Source: a phage
NCBI GenBank assembly: GCA_023802575.1
Contig: GCA_023802575.1_3947.1
DNA length: 64,000 nt
Strand: one strand, 5' to 3'
This document shows positions 41,983 to 51,810 of the stretch, in pieces; within the stretch, counting starts at the first letter, position 1; each line of letters opens with the position of its first letter. A program made the translations under genes and the position numbers. The notes under the pieces are model-generated. The model was not told the DNA's origin, did no database searches, and worked only from the letters and a program-made list of their open reading frames with translations.

Positions 41983-44217
41983 CTAAACACCACAACCCTC
42001 GCAATAAGCATCTTGCAGTGCAGATTTACCTACACCGATACGGCTGTTCAGATAGTACATGGTTTTCATACCTACCGAGTTGGCATAAATCATGTACTTC
42101 AGAGCTTGAGCCAATGATACCTTCTTAGACTTTGCATAGTCAACATAGAAGTCTGAAGAGATAGCTTGACCAGTGAACTTTTGAACAATTGCATAACAGT
42201 CAATCATATCAAAGGTGTCGATATCCCAAGCAATTTCATAGACATACTTCAACTCTTCATAATCTGGAACAATAAACAGTACGTTACCAGTTGCAGACTT
42301 TTTAGTTAAAATAAAGTCACGAATTGGGTACAAACCATTTGTCGTATTAGTTGCTAGTGAAGAACTCTCATTAGGCATGTAAGCTTCTAATACAGAGTTT
42401 CGGATTCCACCATTTTCTTTGATACGTTGTGCTAAGTTATCCCAATCATATCGTAGTTTTGCATCATGCTTTTCATCAATCTTCTTGTTAGCTGTCTTTG
42501 GAGGAACCCAGCCTTCAGGGTACTTAGTGAACTTCATGTACTCTGGAACTCCACGCTCTTTAGCAAGTCTCAGAGAGGCTTCATGCAGATAGTAAGAGTG
42601 CATTTCAGCAAGCTCATGAAGCTTTGTCTTACCTGCTCGTGAAGAGTAGTTCACGTAGTTCTTCGCAAGGTAATGAGCCACATTTGTAAGGCCAATCCCA
42701 ACAGAACGACGCTTCTGAACATGGTTACGCATCGACGGATACGGATAATCCATAAGGTCAATAACGGAGTCAACCATTGCAAGAGCATAATAAGCAACGT
42801 CAGCGTATTCATCTTCTGAAATTCTCCCTGCAACCAAACTAGCTAGGAAGCAAAGAGCCACCTCACCATCCTCTTTCACAGCATCGTCTCTGTAAAGGTC
42901 TGTCTCTTTCTCAAAACCATACACTGGCAACACAATTTCCATGCAAAGATTTGACATCTTCAATGGTTCTTTAAATGGTGTATGTGTGTTTGCATTGTTA
43001 GTGAAGAATGGATACACACGACCTGTAGCATAACGCTGTTGAATAAACAGCTTAGCAATTTCACGAGCCTTGACTCGTCTGTGCTTGACTCCTGAATGTA
43101 CTGCGTGACCAACTGCCATAGCAAACTCATCAGCAGATGCTGTGTAGAACATGTCATAGAGTTTTGGTGCATCTTTGTAAGAGAATAGCAACCAGTCTGT
43201 ATCATACTGAACACACTGCCAGAAATAATCGTTTGTGCCGAATGAGTAGTCCATCTCATTAATACGTTTAGAAGGAACCGTTGTCGGGTGCTTCAAACGC
43301 AGTAAATCTTCAATCTGCGGGTCTAGAGCAGTGTAGAAGTTATTAGCTGAACCACCACGACTCTTCTGTTTGTTTGCCTCTACAGATGAACGTACAAGCT
43401 TATAATAAGGCAGCTTACCCATGTGCTCAATCGTGTTTTGACGGATACCATCACCAATAGTGCGAGTCTCCATCAGCATCCCGATACCAGCTTGCTTTGT
43501 AGTCATGTCATAAGCAACCTTTGCAGCAATACCAAGTGATTCGGCAGTATCGTTCGCCTTAATCAAACAACATGACGCATAACCTGATTTAGTAGCTCTT
43601 AAACCGTTTAAATAAGGTGTAGGGGCGTTAATCTTTAGGTCAGATAGGTAAGTGTACAGCTTGATAACATCTTGCAGTCTACGGTGCTTTGGTTGCTTCT
43701 CAAAGGCTTTCATAGCCATACCCATGAACATAAATTGTGGTGACTCAAAAAGTCTTCCCGTTTTAATATCACGGATGCCATACTTGTCTCTGAACTGTTT
43801 CAAGACTGCATAACCGTAGGAGATATCTTTTGAGTGCACGATGTAACCTTGCAGGTATTCAAGCTCTTCCTGTGAATAGTCCATCTTCTCCCAAAGTCCT
43901 GCTCTCTCCATATTTTTAACGAAGGTAATCAGCGTAGGAACCTTAGTAAAGCCTCCAAAGGCTTCTTTGTAGATAATCCCCAGAAGTAGCCGTCCAGCCA
44001 TATCTGAGTACTCTTGAGTTTGTTTATCAACACAAACATCAATCATGGCTTGGTGCATCTCTTTTGTAGTGCAACCTTCATAGACACGTTTCATAGCTTC
44101 CATAGTGACTTCTGACCAGATAATTCCACGTTTATCTGCCCATGATGCCCACTTATTCAGTCTTTCTGGGTCAAAGCTTACTACTGTACCGTTTGATTTT
44201 TTAATTGTCTTAATCAT
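41983..44217 (-). CDS. nrdA: ribonucleotide reductase large (alpha) subunit, class Ia
   Basis: 744 aa; N-terminal ATP-cone-like region; adjacent nrdB. Confidence 0.9.
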   Translation of the reverse strand: MIKTIKKSNGTVVSFDPERLNKWASWADKRGIIWSEVTMEAMKRVYEGCTTKEMHQAMIDVCVDKQTQEYSDMAGRLLLGIIYKEAFGGFTKVPTLITFVKNMERAGLWEKMDYSQEELEYLQGYIVHSKDISYGYAVLKQFRDKYGIRDIKTGRLFESPQFMFMGMAMKAFEKQPKHRRLQDVIKLYTYLSDLKINAPTPYLNGLRATKSGYASCCLIKANDTAESLGIAAKVAYDMTTKQAGIGMLMETRTIGDGIRQNTIEHMGKLPYYKLVRSSVEANKQKSRGGSANNFYTALDPQIEDLLRLKHPTTVPSKRINEMDYSFGTNDYFWQCVQYDTDWLLFSYKDAPKLYDMFYTASADEFAMAVGHAVHSGVKHRRVKAREIAKLFIQQRYATGRVYPFFTNNANTHTPFKEPLKMSNLCMEIVLPVYGFEKETDLYRDDAVKEDGEVALCFLASLVAGRISEDEYADVAYYALAMVDSVIDLMDYPYPSMRNHVQKRRSVGIGLTNVAHYLAKNYVNYSSRAGKTKLHELAEMHSYYLHEASLRLAKERGVPEYMKFTKYPEGWVPPKTANKKIDEKHDAKLRYDWDNLAQRIKENGGIRNSVLEAYMPNESSSLATNTTNGLYPIRDFILTKKSATGNVLFIVPDYEELKYVYEIAWDIDTFDMIDCYAIVQKFTGQAISSDFYVDYAKSKKVSLAQALKYMIYANSVGMKTMYYLNSRIGVGKSALQDAYCEGCGV

Positions 44218-44233
44218 TTTTAAATCCTACAGA

Positions 44234-44257
44234 TGAAAAGAGCCTCCGAAGAGGCTC
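44234..44257 (-). terminator. intrinsic terminator
   Basis: GAGCCTC-CGAA-GAGGCTC plus minus-sense U-tract. Confidence 0.6.
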
Positions 44258-44263
44258 CCTAGT

Positions 44264-44599
44264 TTAAATCTTGAAAATTTGCTCATTCTGCCACATGTCG
44301 TAAAACTTATCACTTACCTTTGTGACTGAAGCAGTGTGCATACAATTCAGGAACCACGATGAGGTGTTGCCATTCATAATTGCTTCAAGCTCTTGTGTAG
44401 TGTTCTCATCCATGTCTGCAACAACGTAATTACCTCGCATCTTGCAAACAATTCTTCCAAACAAGATTGCACTTCTTCCTCTTCGGTCATCACAGTACAT
44501 CACTGTGTCCCCGTGCTTGATATCTTGTCCGATACTGTCAACACCTAACTTAGCACCTGAGATGATGTCATCATAAGATAGCTTTTTTGTTTTAGACAC
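44264..44599 (-). CDS. hypothetical protein (111 aa)
   Basis: six-frame ORF. Confidence 0.5.
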   Translation of the reverse strand: MSKTKKLSYDDIISGAKLGVDSIGQDIKHGDTVMYCDDRRGRSAILFGRIVCKMRGNYVVADMDENTTQELEAIMNGNTSSWFLNCMHTASVTKVSDKFYDMWQNEQIFKI

Positions 44600-44924
44600 G
44601 GTATTTCTCCAAGTTTCTTTTTAGATACAACCAACCATAGTCAGTTCTTTCTACACCCATGAATAGGGGGGCGACTACAACTTTACCAAAAGTATTTCTA
44701 TGTTGGCAAATTTCAAAAGAATACTCTTTTTCAATATCAATCCCGTATTTGTACAGAACTGCTCTTAAAACTTGTTCATTATCCAGAAGTGTACCTGGAG
44801 TTTCTCCGTACTTTTCTAGTAACGGGTCATTCATAAACACCGTCATAGAAATATTGTAGTTTGAGAAGTGGCTCTTCTGAGCCACACCTTCTTTATTAAT
44901 GTTCTGTGAATCCATTATAACCAA
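44592..44924 (-). CDS. hypothetical protein (110 aa)
   Basis: six-frame ORF. Confidence 0.5.
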   Translation of the reverse strand: MVIMDSQNINKEGVAQKSHFSNYNISMTVFMNDPLLEKYGETPGTLLDNEQVLRAVLYKYGIDIEKEYSFEICQHRNTFGKVVVAPLFMGVERTDYGWLYLKRNLEKYRV

Positions 44925-45651
44925 CCCCTTTTAACCAGCACTTCAGGTTATTAGCATCATAATTCAGTTTCGGGTATGAGGTTACATGGAACTGCTCACC
45001 ATCATAGTAGACAATATCTGCAATCCATAGTCCATTCTCTTTACAGAAATCTTTATCTGCTTTAGAGGTAATTGGATTAACTTCTGCAAAACCATCTACA
45101 CCCAAATCCTTTAAGCTATCTACAATACCTTTGCAGATAACGCATGTCTCAGATACTACCACAAAAAGTTCTTGGCTTTCAAGTTCTACAATGTATTCAC
45201 CAAGCTGTACTTTAGGGAGATTTGATTGCTTCATAATCTTCCCATCGGCTGCACGAACAATCGCATACCATTCTTTACCATCAACTACTGACATTCTGAT
45301 AATACACTCTTGACCAGTACGCTTCTCAATATCTGCAAGACGTTTTAAAGCTTCTTCATAGTCATCTGTGTACTTCAGGTCATTATTATGGCAAACAGCT
45401 TCCATAGCACCGTTATGGTCATGTTGTGACAGGTAAATCAAACCGTCAAGAACATATTGTAAATCTGCCTGAGCATCCAGTGTCTCAATGGGGTCTTTCT
45501 CTTCAATTGCTTTTACAAGCTCTTTTGCTTCTTCAAGCATACACAGAGACTGGGATTTCAAAGATTCCCAATACTCATCACTGTAAGGTTGCTTTTGGGT
45601 GTTTCCGCAACGAAGATTCCAGTTTTTTACTGATTCTCTTGAGTTAAACAT
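44896..45651 (-). CDS. MazG-like NTP pyrophosphohydrolase candidate with C-terminal CxxC domain (251 aa)
   Basis: helical acidic segment EEAKELVKAIEE...DAQADLQYVLDGL resembling MazG EExxE/D motifs; later CVIC. Confidence 0.4.
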   Translation of the reverse strand: MFNSRESVKNWNLRCGNTQKQPYSDEYWESLKSQSLCMLEEAKELVKAIEEKDPIETLDAQADLQYVLDGLIYLSQHDHNGAMEAVCHNNDLKYTDDYEEALKRLADIEKRTGQECIIRMSVVDGKEWYAIVRAADGKIMKQSNLPKVQLGEYIVELESQELFVVVSETCVICKGIVDSLKDLGVDGFAEVNPITSKADKDFCKENGLWIADIVYYDGEQFHVTSYPKLNYDANNLKCWLKGVGYNGFTEH

Positions 45652-45889
45652 TCGGACTCCTTAAAAATCTGTTAACTTTTAGCTCTCGTGTTTCAATATA
45701 TTCCAGATGCTCACGTAACTCTTGACGTTTAAGCATTAGGTGCTGCATTTGAGATTCAACAGCTTCAACTTCTTTAATTATTGACTCTCTGGCATTTGCA
45801 AGGATGCGCTCAAGTTCTTCAATCTTGCTGTCAACTTTTGCTACATGACTCACAGCTTTACTTTTGTTAAACATTTTATTCTCTCTCAA
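45644..45889 (-). CDS. hypothetical coiled-coil protein (81 aa)
   Basis: six-frame ORF. Confidence 0.45.
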   Translation of the reverse strand: MRENKMFNKSKAVSHVAKVDSKIEELERILANARESIIKEVEAVESQMQHLMLKRQELREHLEYIETRELKVNRFLRSPNV

Positions 45890-45895
45890 TAGTTA

Positions 45896-46393
45896 TCAAG
45901 CACAATTTGCTTTCATTACCTTATGGATTCTTTTTTCAGCATCCTCATAAGTTTCTTTAGTGATAAACTTAATTGCTGCAATGTTGGCATTGTAGAAGAG
46001 TCTGAGCTTAGAGTCAATCCTTTTTGTCATTACATCGAATTTATGTTGGAGGTTTGCTTCACCATAAACTAGGCCACCTTTCGTGTAGTAGGTTTGGATA
46101 ATGTAAAAGTCAAAAAATTCTTTTCCAAAGCTCTCAATATCTTTTTTAATATACTCAGAAGAAGTCTCGTAAGTCATCCAATCACTCTCCTTAGTGACTA
46201 CCTTCTTCCGAGTCTTGCCAGCAACTTTTCTTTTGGTCACGCTATTAAACTGTTTCTTCCCTATATAATATTGTCTGGTTTTCTTACAATATACTAAATA
46301 TACAAAACCAAAATGTTTAGTGGGGTCAACTTCCCCACATAAAGATACCCAATGACCATAGGTGGGGCAATTGCCAAATCCTTTAATCTTCAT
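45896..46393 (-). CDS. GIY-YIG nuclease-like protein (165 aa)
   Basis: FGFVYLVYCKKTRQYYIGKK matches GIY-(10)-YIG spacing. Confidence 0.45.
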   Translation of the reverse strand: MKIKGFGNCPTYGHWVSLCGEVDPTKHFGFVYLVYCKKTRQYYIGKKQFNSVTKRKVAGKTRKKVVTKESDWMTYETSSEYIKKDIESFGKEFFDFYIIQTYYTKGGLVYGEANLQHKFDVMTKRIDSKLRLFYNANIAAIKFITKETYEDAEKRIHKVMKANCA

Positions 46394-47423
46394 TCATACA
46401 CGGCTCCCAATTATATTTCTTAAAAGAGAAATTATCTTTTGGATTTCTCTCTTGATATGCTATCCAGAAATGCTGTTCCATTAACTCTAACGGTGTCTTT
46501 GTAACAGTCTGTCCATCCCATGACACATAGGTATAAGAGTCTTTTTTAGCATAAAGTTCATAGATAGCATCAAGACACTCTTTGTAGGTCTCTTTACCAT
46601 CTAAAGCATTCATCACAGCTACTTTACCAGCACCTTTAAGTCCGAAGTAGTTGTCTGCATTATCTCCAGCAACAGCCTGATAGCACAAGAATTTAAAACC
46701 TACACCAACTGTTTTTGCAGCTTTTGGTTTTGATTTGATAGGACAATCCCAGATATCACCAACATTATTATCAGCAATAAAGATTAGTGGTGATTTTTCA
46801 TAAGTCATATCAATACAATAAGTTCCTTCAGCTTGTCGAAGGTCTTTGTCAATACTCATAAGAGCAGCCTTCTTACCCATATTTTCAGCTTTAGCAATTA
46901 CGATTGAATCGGCTTCGAAGCCCCCCTTTAAGAGCTTGAACTCTGGTCTGGATAAAAGGTATTCACGACAAGCGACTAAGTGTGTTGGTGTGATGGCATC
47001 TTTACGGTTACCTTGATATTGGTGCTCAAGACCTTTAATGTCTTTATGTTTATGCACACCCTTCTCTGTTAAATAACCTACCCAAGTTCTTTCTTTACCA
47101 ACAATCTTAAGCCATTCCTGAAGCACCTGTTGAGTAGCCATGATAGCTTCTTTTTCACTCTTAGCTTCTTTCCAAGTTTGTCTTTCCCATTCATCTTCAT
47201 CAAATGTCAGGCCAAGCTCTTCCACAAGGATTCTCTGGTCTGCTAACCATCTTGCAGCATCTTTCGCATTATCAAATGGTTCAGATTCTTCTGCTGTGAG
47301 TTTATTAACGTATTTATACTTTGCTTTCTCAACTACACAAGCACCTTTATAGGCAATGCTGTCAGAGTCAATAAAGACATGTGTAACTGAATCTGGAAGT
47401 TTTGTTAATGTGTACTTCTCCAT
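46383..47423 (-). CDS. RNase H / flap endonuclease (FEN, 5'-3' exonuclease) family protein (346 aa)
   Basis: VFIDSDSIAY and EADSIVIAK...LMSIDKDLRQ resemble the T4 RNase H segments LIDFSQIA and EADDHIAV...SSDGDFTQL. Confidence 0.65.
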   Translation of the reverse strand: MEKYTLTKLPDSVTHVFIDSDSIAYKGACVVEKAKYKYVNKLTAEESEPFDNAKDAARWLADQRILVEELGLTFDEDEWERQTWKEAKSEKEAIMATQQVLQEWLKIVGKERTWVGYLTEKGVHKHKDIKGLEHQYQGNRKDAITPTHLVACREYLLSRPEFKLLKGGFEADSIVIAKAENMGKKAALMSIDKDLRQAEGTYCIDMTYEKSPLIFIADNNVGDIWDCPIKSKPKAAKTVGVGFKFLCYQAVAGDNADNYFGLKGAGKVAVMNALDGKETYKECLDAIYELYAKKDSYTYVSWDGQTVTKTPLELMEQHFWIAYQERNPKDNFSFKKYNWEPCMNED

Positions 47424-47438
47424 TATGGCTCTCCATAT

Positions 47439-47466
47439 GAAAAAGCCCCATACTAAGTACAGGGCT
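47439..47466 (-). terminator. intrinsic terminator-like hairpin
   Basis: AGCCC..GGGCT stem with minus-sense U-tract. Confidence 0.5.
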
Positions 47467-47486
47467 TTAAAGTAACTTTTTAGAGA

Positions 47487-48344
47487 TTAGTCTTCTGTAT
47501 CGAAGTCTTCATCTTCTTCGTCATCTGGGTCTGGCAAGTCTTCGTCATCGCCATCATCAGAGTCATTAGAAGGTTTGTGGTCTGTTGCATCTTCTTCAGT
47601 GATTTCACCGTTATCTTCAACACCATCAAGACCAAGCATAGCCAGTTCATCTTCATCCAGTTCAGGTTCACCATTAGCACCGTTACCACCAGTGTAAGGT
47701 ACAAGGGTATCAATGATAAACTGTTCCTGAATAGGTTTTGTAAGAACATTGTTCTCAAAAGTGTAGAAGTGAGTAGAAAGAATCACACTACCAAAAGAAC
47801 CGTTACCGACTGCAATATCTGGATGAATTACATCATAGTTCTTGTCATCTTCATGTTTATCAGATGCTTGAGCTTTGATTTTCTTCATCGGCTGTTTAAC
47901 AGCTACACGCTTACCATTTACTTCTTCAATCAGCATCACAGGGAATGACTGTTTAGCTGTCCACACAGCACCGTCTTTATAAGCTGCTGCACGACTTACT
48001 TTCAAGATGTAGTAAGTGTCTGCTTCAAAAGGTGGTTTACAACCAAACTTCTCTTCGAAGTCATCTGCATCAACTGCTTCAGTAGTAACTTTATCCCAAC
48101 CTTCTGGGTTTTTCTTAGACTTAGTAAACTCTTTAAACAGCTTGTTACCATCTTCTGCCAGAATTGAAACGCTGTAGTTACAGTCTTTGCCTGGGAATTT
48201 CTTATCAATGGACTTACCTTTTCCCGGACGTGGTGAAGTATTCAGGTAATAAAACCAGACATCTTTCAGCAGGTAACGCAGAGTTTGACGTTCAGTACCG
48301 TTGTACTTCTCTACCGGAGCTTTCATTTTAACAACTTTAGACAT
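47487..48344 (-). CDS. single-stranded DNA-binding protein candidate with acidic C-terminal tail (285 aa)
   Basis: C-terminus DDGDDEDLPDPDDEEDEDFDTED; located among replication genes. Confidence 0.45.
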   Translation of the reverse strand: MSKVVKMKAPVEKYNGTERQTLRYLLKDVWFYYLNTSPRPGKGKSIDKKFPGKDCNYSVSILAEDGNKLFKEFTKSKKNPEGWDKVTTEAVDADDFEEKFGCKPPFEADTYYILKVSRAAAYKDGAVWTAKQSFPVMLIEEVNGKRVAVKQPMKKIKAQASDKHEDDKNYDVIHPDIAVGNGSFGSVILSTHFYTFENNVLTKPIQEQFIIDTLVPYTGGNGANGEPELDEDELAMLGLDGVEDNGEITEEDATDHKPSNDSDDGDDEDLPDPDDEEDEDFDTED

Positions 48345-48416
48345 TATTTAAACCTCTATCTCAATTTATGAAGAGTACCAATTCTAATTTGTTGATACTC
48401 TATTGTCAAACATTAA

Positions 48417-48566
48417 TTACTGGAAGTTGTGCTTATCTTTAGAAGCTGCTTTACGTGCAGTTTTTCCAGTTCTTACACGTTTTTCTTCATAGTATTTTGC
48501 TGGTTTTCCAGCAGTGGCTTTTAAGGAATCCCCAAAAACTTTTTCAAATGCTTTAGAGTGTTTCAT
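48417..48566 (-). CDS. small basic protein (49 aa; below ORF-track cutoff)
   Basis: manual translation MKHSKAFEKVFG...; GGAGA 7 nt upstream; ATGA coupling. Confidence 0.35.
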   Translation of the reverse strand: MKHSKAFEKVFGDSLKATAGKPAKYYEEKRVRTGKTARKAASKDKHNFQ

Positions 48567-48856
48567 GATATTCTCCGATATACTTGATATTCAAACACAT
48601 CTTCTTTTATTACAAACAGCCAACCAATATTATGTTCAGGTATAGTGATGATGACTGTGACAGTATTGTGATAGGACTTTTTCTCTACTTCGACACCACC
48701 ATCACATTTCATGTAGAGCATTCTATAGAACCTATCAACCTTTGTCAAACACTCTTCCTGAAATTTATTTAAACTTTTTTCTTCAAAGAAGGGTATGAAC
48801 CCCTTTCTTTTATAGCTATCACTCAGTTTCGAACGGGCAGTCATCTGCATCCTCAC
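48563..48856 (-). CDS. hypothetical protein (97 aa; start uncertain, overlaps primase end)
   Basis: six-frame ORF. Confidence 0.4.
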   Translation of the reverse strand: MRMQMTARSKLSDSYKRKGFIPFFEEKSLNKFQEECLTKVDRFYRMLYMKCDGGVEVEKKSYHNTVTVIITIPEHNIGWLFVIKEDVFEYQVYRRIS

Positions 48857-50810
48857 TTAATACAGGTGGAATCGTTGAGCTTTGACGCTGCTCATCAGTA
48901 TAGACTTCACCAGTCTCACGGTCAAACACTTCATCCTCATAATGTGGCAAAGAGTCATCGTAATGGTCTTCAGCCTCACCAATACCAAACTGTTGACGGA
49001 TATTTTCTGCTGCACCATCAATGTCAACTCCACAACCAGATGCTTTAATGAGACGCCCTGTATCTGGATTGTACCAAGTATGACCAGCAATACCCGTTGA
49101 CTTACCGTGACGACGACATTTAGTTAACTTGATTTTTGTCAAGTTTTTCTTAACAGGGTCTGGGTCAACCTTGTTACGCATTAACAAAATATTATTCATG
49201 GAAATCTGGAAATACGCACCAGAACCCTTGATATCCTCTTCAGAGATATCCCCACCTTCAGAGTTAGCTTTCTGACCACCTGCACTCTTACGAACGTGAC
49301 ATACGTTTACCTGCGCATACTGGTAGCGTTTGCAACGACGCAATAGCTCAGACAAAACTTCCTCTTCATCCGTATCTGAACGTGACAGGGCTAACGTGAT
49401 AGGGTCAAGAATGATAATCTTGCAATCTAAACTGTTAACAAGATAGTCAACAAACTCTAGCAGGTTATCTTGGTCAATTGCCCCTTGATGGTCAACGATA
49501 TGGATACGACGACCTTTAGATAGTTCTGCGTGTGCTCCTTTTAATTCATCCCAATCCCGTTCATCATAAGGAATCTCAGAAATCTGTTTGCTCAGGTGAA
49601 TTGCACAGAGCATCTCCATCAACTCTTCATAGGTATCTTCTACAGGAATTACACCGATATTATAATCAGTTTCTTTCCAAGCTGAATAAATCATCTCACG
49701 AGTGTAAGCTGACTTACCTACTGAAGATGGTGCTGCAATAGTTGTAATCTCACCTAAACCATAACCACCATAAGTCAGCCTGTTCAAATCTCCGAAAGAC
49801 TCTGGGAAAGGAATCAATGGAATCTGACCACGATTCTTCATTGCCTCAAAACCATCTGCAAAGTTCTTGATACCAGCAGGGCAGTAACGAGGTGCATTGT
49901 AGATACGCTGTTTAAATCCTTCCAGAACTGTATCTTTTTCTTTATAGAACTTTGTCCACCATTCGTTAAGGTCTTTTACACCCTCTGGATACTGGAATAA
50001 ACGAACCTTCTCAATAGGTAAGATACCAGCAGCCTCTTTGGTAGCTTTAGCACCTGCTTCATCGTTATCAAAGCACAAGTAAATTTCATCAAATGATGTG
50101 ATGTACTGATAGTTATCTTTGATAGACTTGATGTTTGCACCTGACGGAACAGATACATGACAGTAATTCTTACGACGAGATTTGTCCTTAATCGCAAGAG
50201 AAGTCATATAGATTGCTGTCGCACATTCCATCTCACCTTCCCAGATGAATAGACGGTTACCACCTTCTGGAGCAATCCATGAACCGAACATTGCCAGTTC
50301 ACCTTTAATGTCTCCAACACCACCAGAAAAGTCTTTTAACTTACCTCGTAGGTGCTCTTTTGGATGGTCTTCTGGGTAACGGTGACGAACACGGTAGCCA
50401 ACATGCTCTAGCTTGCCATCTTCATTGCGTTTGTAAGTTGGGTAGAAATGCGCGTCAATTTCACCATCACTGTCAATGTCAACCTTGATACCCAAACGCT
50501 CAAGAACTTTTGCAGGAATCTTCCTGTCCTTTAAGTCCATTGCTTCAAGGTTTTCTTTCACATCATCTAAATCCATTCCACGGAAAGTACGGTTTTTATT
50601 GTCTGAACCAGTAGAATAAGTGCTCACGATTTGTCCTTTATCAAAATCCCACTCTGGGAAACCTTTGTTACAACTAAAGCAAGTCATTGAATAAGAACCA
50701 TCGTCATGATGGTAGATTGAACCAGCATCTGATGAACCACAACGTGGACATGCGCAATGACCAACAAACTGACCAGCCTCTTTCAATTTACGACCTTTAG
50801 ACATTAGCAC
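48819..50810 (-). CDS. DNA primase-helicase (T7 gp4-like: zinc-binding primase plus DnaB-family helicase)
   Basis: N-terminal zinc ribbon CACPRCGS...CFSCNKG; Walker A APSSVGKSAYT; 663 aa. Confidence 0.85.
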   Translation of the reverse strand: MLMSKGRKLKEAGQFVGHCACPRCGSSDAGSIYHHDDGSYSMTCFSCNKGFPEWDFDKGQIVSTYSTGSDNKNRTFRGMDLDDVKENLEAMDLKDRKIPAKVLERLGIKVDIDSDGEIDAHFYPTYKRNEDGKLEHVGYRVRHRYPEDHPKEHLRGKLKDFSGGVGDIKGELAMFGSWIAPEGGNRLFIWEGEMECATAIYMTSLAIKDKSRRKNYCHVSVPSGANIKSIKDNYQYITSFDEIYLCFDNDEAGAKATKEAAGILPIEKVRLFQYPEGVKDLNEWWTKFYKEKDTVLEGFKQRIYNAPRYCPAGIKNFADGFEAMKNRGQIPLIPFPESFGDLNRLTYGGYGLGEITTIAAPSSVGKSAYTREMIYSAWKETDYNIGVIPVEDTYEELMEMLCAIHLSKQISEIPYDERDWDELKGAHAELSKGRRIHIVDHQGAIDQDNLLEFVDYLVNSLDCKIIILDPITLALSRSDTDEEEVLSELLRRCKRYQYAQVNVCHVRKSAGGQKANSEGGDISEEDIKGSGAYFQISMNNILLMRNKVDPDPVKKNLTKIKLTKCRRHGKSTGIAGHTWYNPDTGRLIKASGCGVDIDGAAENIRQQFGIGEAEDHYDDSLPHYEDEVFDRETGEVYTDEQRQSSTIPPVLSEDADDCPFETE

Positions 50811-50997
50811 CTCTTCGTTGTAGTTCTGCCTTCAATCCATTTTCAATCTTGTCCAGTTCATGAATTTCATCTGCAATCTCTTTCCTTCGTGATTCAACTC
50901 TCTTAAGACGTTCAATCATTACCTCATTGGAAAGAGATGAGAGTTCCACTAAACGGTGGTCAATAACTCTAAAATTGTCTTTTACTCTCATCTTCAT
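50797..50997 (-). CDS. hypothetical protein (66 aa)
   Basis: six-frame ORF. Confidence 0.4.
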   Translation of the reverse strand: MKMRVKDNFRVIDHRLVELSSLSNEVMIERLKRVESRRKEIADEIHELDKIENGLKAELQRRGANV

Positions 50998-51005
50998 TCT
51001 CTCTT

Positions 51006-51749
51006 TTAAACTTTAATGATGGCTCTTAGCTTGTTCTCAAGGTCTGCAAGAGTACCATTATTATGAATAATGTCACGCTCATATTTTGTAGAAATCCCAT
51101 TTTCTGAAACATGTGATGAAACTTTGTCCACATTGTCTCTTTTTACTTCAATAGTTTGGTGTGCAAATCTACTCAGCCATTCAGCTTCAGAGTCAAATCT
51201 TAAATCACTGATTAAGACAAAACCATATTGATTTCTAAGTGAGCACATTTCATGGAATCTAACCATTCTTTTTTCAAGGTCTTTAGACCAGAACTTGTCG
51301 CCCATTACTTTACGGACAACTTCAGTACCCCAAATCTGTTGAATTTGTCTTGATGAGAATTTATACTTTTTACTAAATCCCAGACGTGTTAATAGGGTAG
51401 GTTTAGCAACCTTCTTAAGCTCCATGATTAATCGTCCGGTTAACTCTGACATAAGCTTGAAGTCCATATGGTAACGTTCATCTCTGAAGGTGAACTCCAT
51501 AGCTTCCGTAACTTTAAACATCAGTTCAGGATATGATAAGTCAAATACCTGTGGAGTCTCTTTAGTTTCACCATACAGGTCATTCCAAGTCAGGTCAAAT
51601 ATCTTTGATGCAGACAGTTTAAGGTTGTCTGCAAAGGCCATTACAGCAACATTGTAGCCATACTCATCCTCTAAGATGTTCTTCACAATAGAACATGAGG
51701 TGTCTTTTCCAGAACGTGCCTTTCCAGTAAATGCGATAATATTACTCAT
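51006..51749 (-). CDS. deoxynucleoside monophosphate kinase
   Basis: N-terminal P-loop IIAFTGKARSGKDT closely matches T4 gp1 dNMP kinase SGVKRSGKDT. Confidence 0.7.
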   Translation of the reverse strand: MSNIIAFTGKARSGKDTSCSIVKNILEDEYGYNVAVMAFADNLKLSASKIFDLTWNDLYGETKETPQVFDLSYPELMFKVTEAMEFTFRDERYHMDFKLMSELTGRLIMELKKVAKPTLLTRLGFSKKYKFSSRQIQQIWGTEVVRKVMGDKFWSKDLEKRMVRFHEMCSLRNQYGFVLISDLRFDSEAEWLSRFAHQTIEVKRDNVDKVSSHVSENGISTKYERDIIHNNGTLADLENKLRAIIKV

Positions 51750-51810
51750 TTTATATCCCTTAATTACTAAAAAGCCCCCAACTAAGGAGGCTTGTAAGAT
51801 TTATAAAGAC

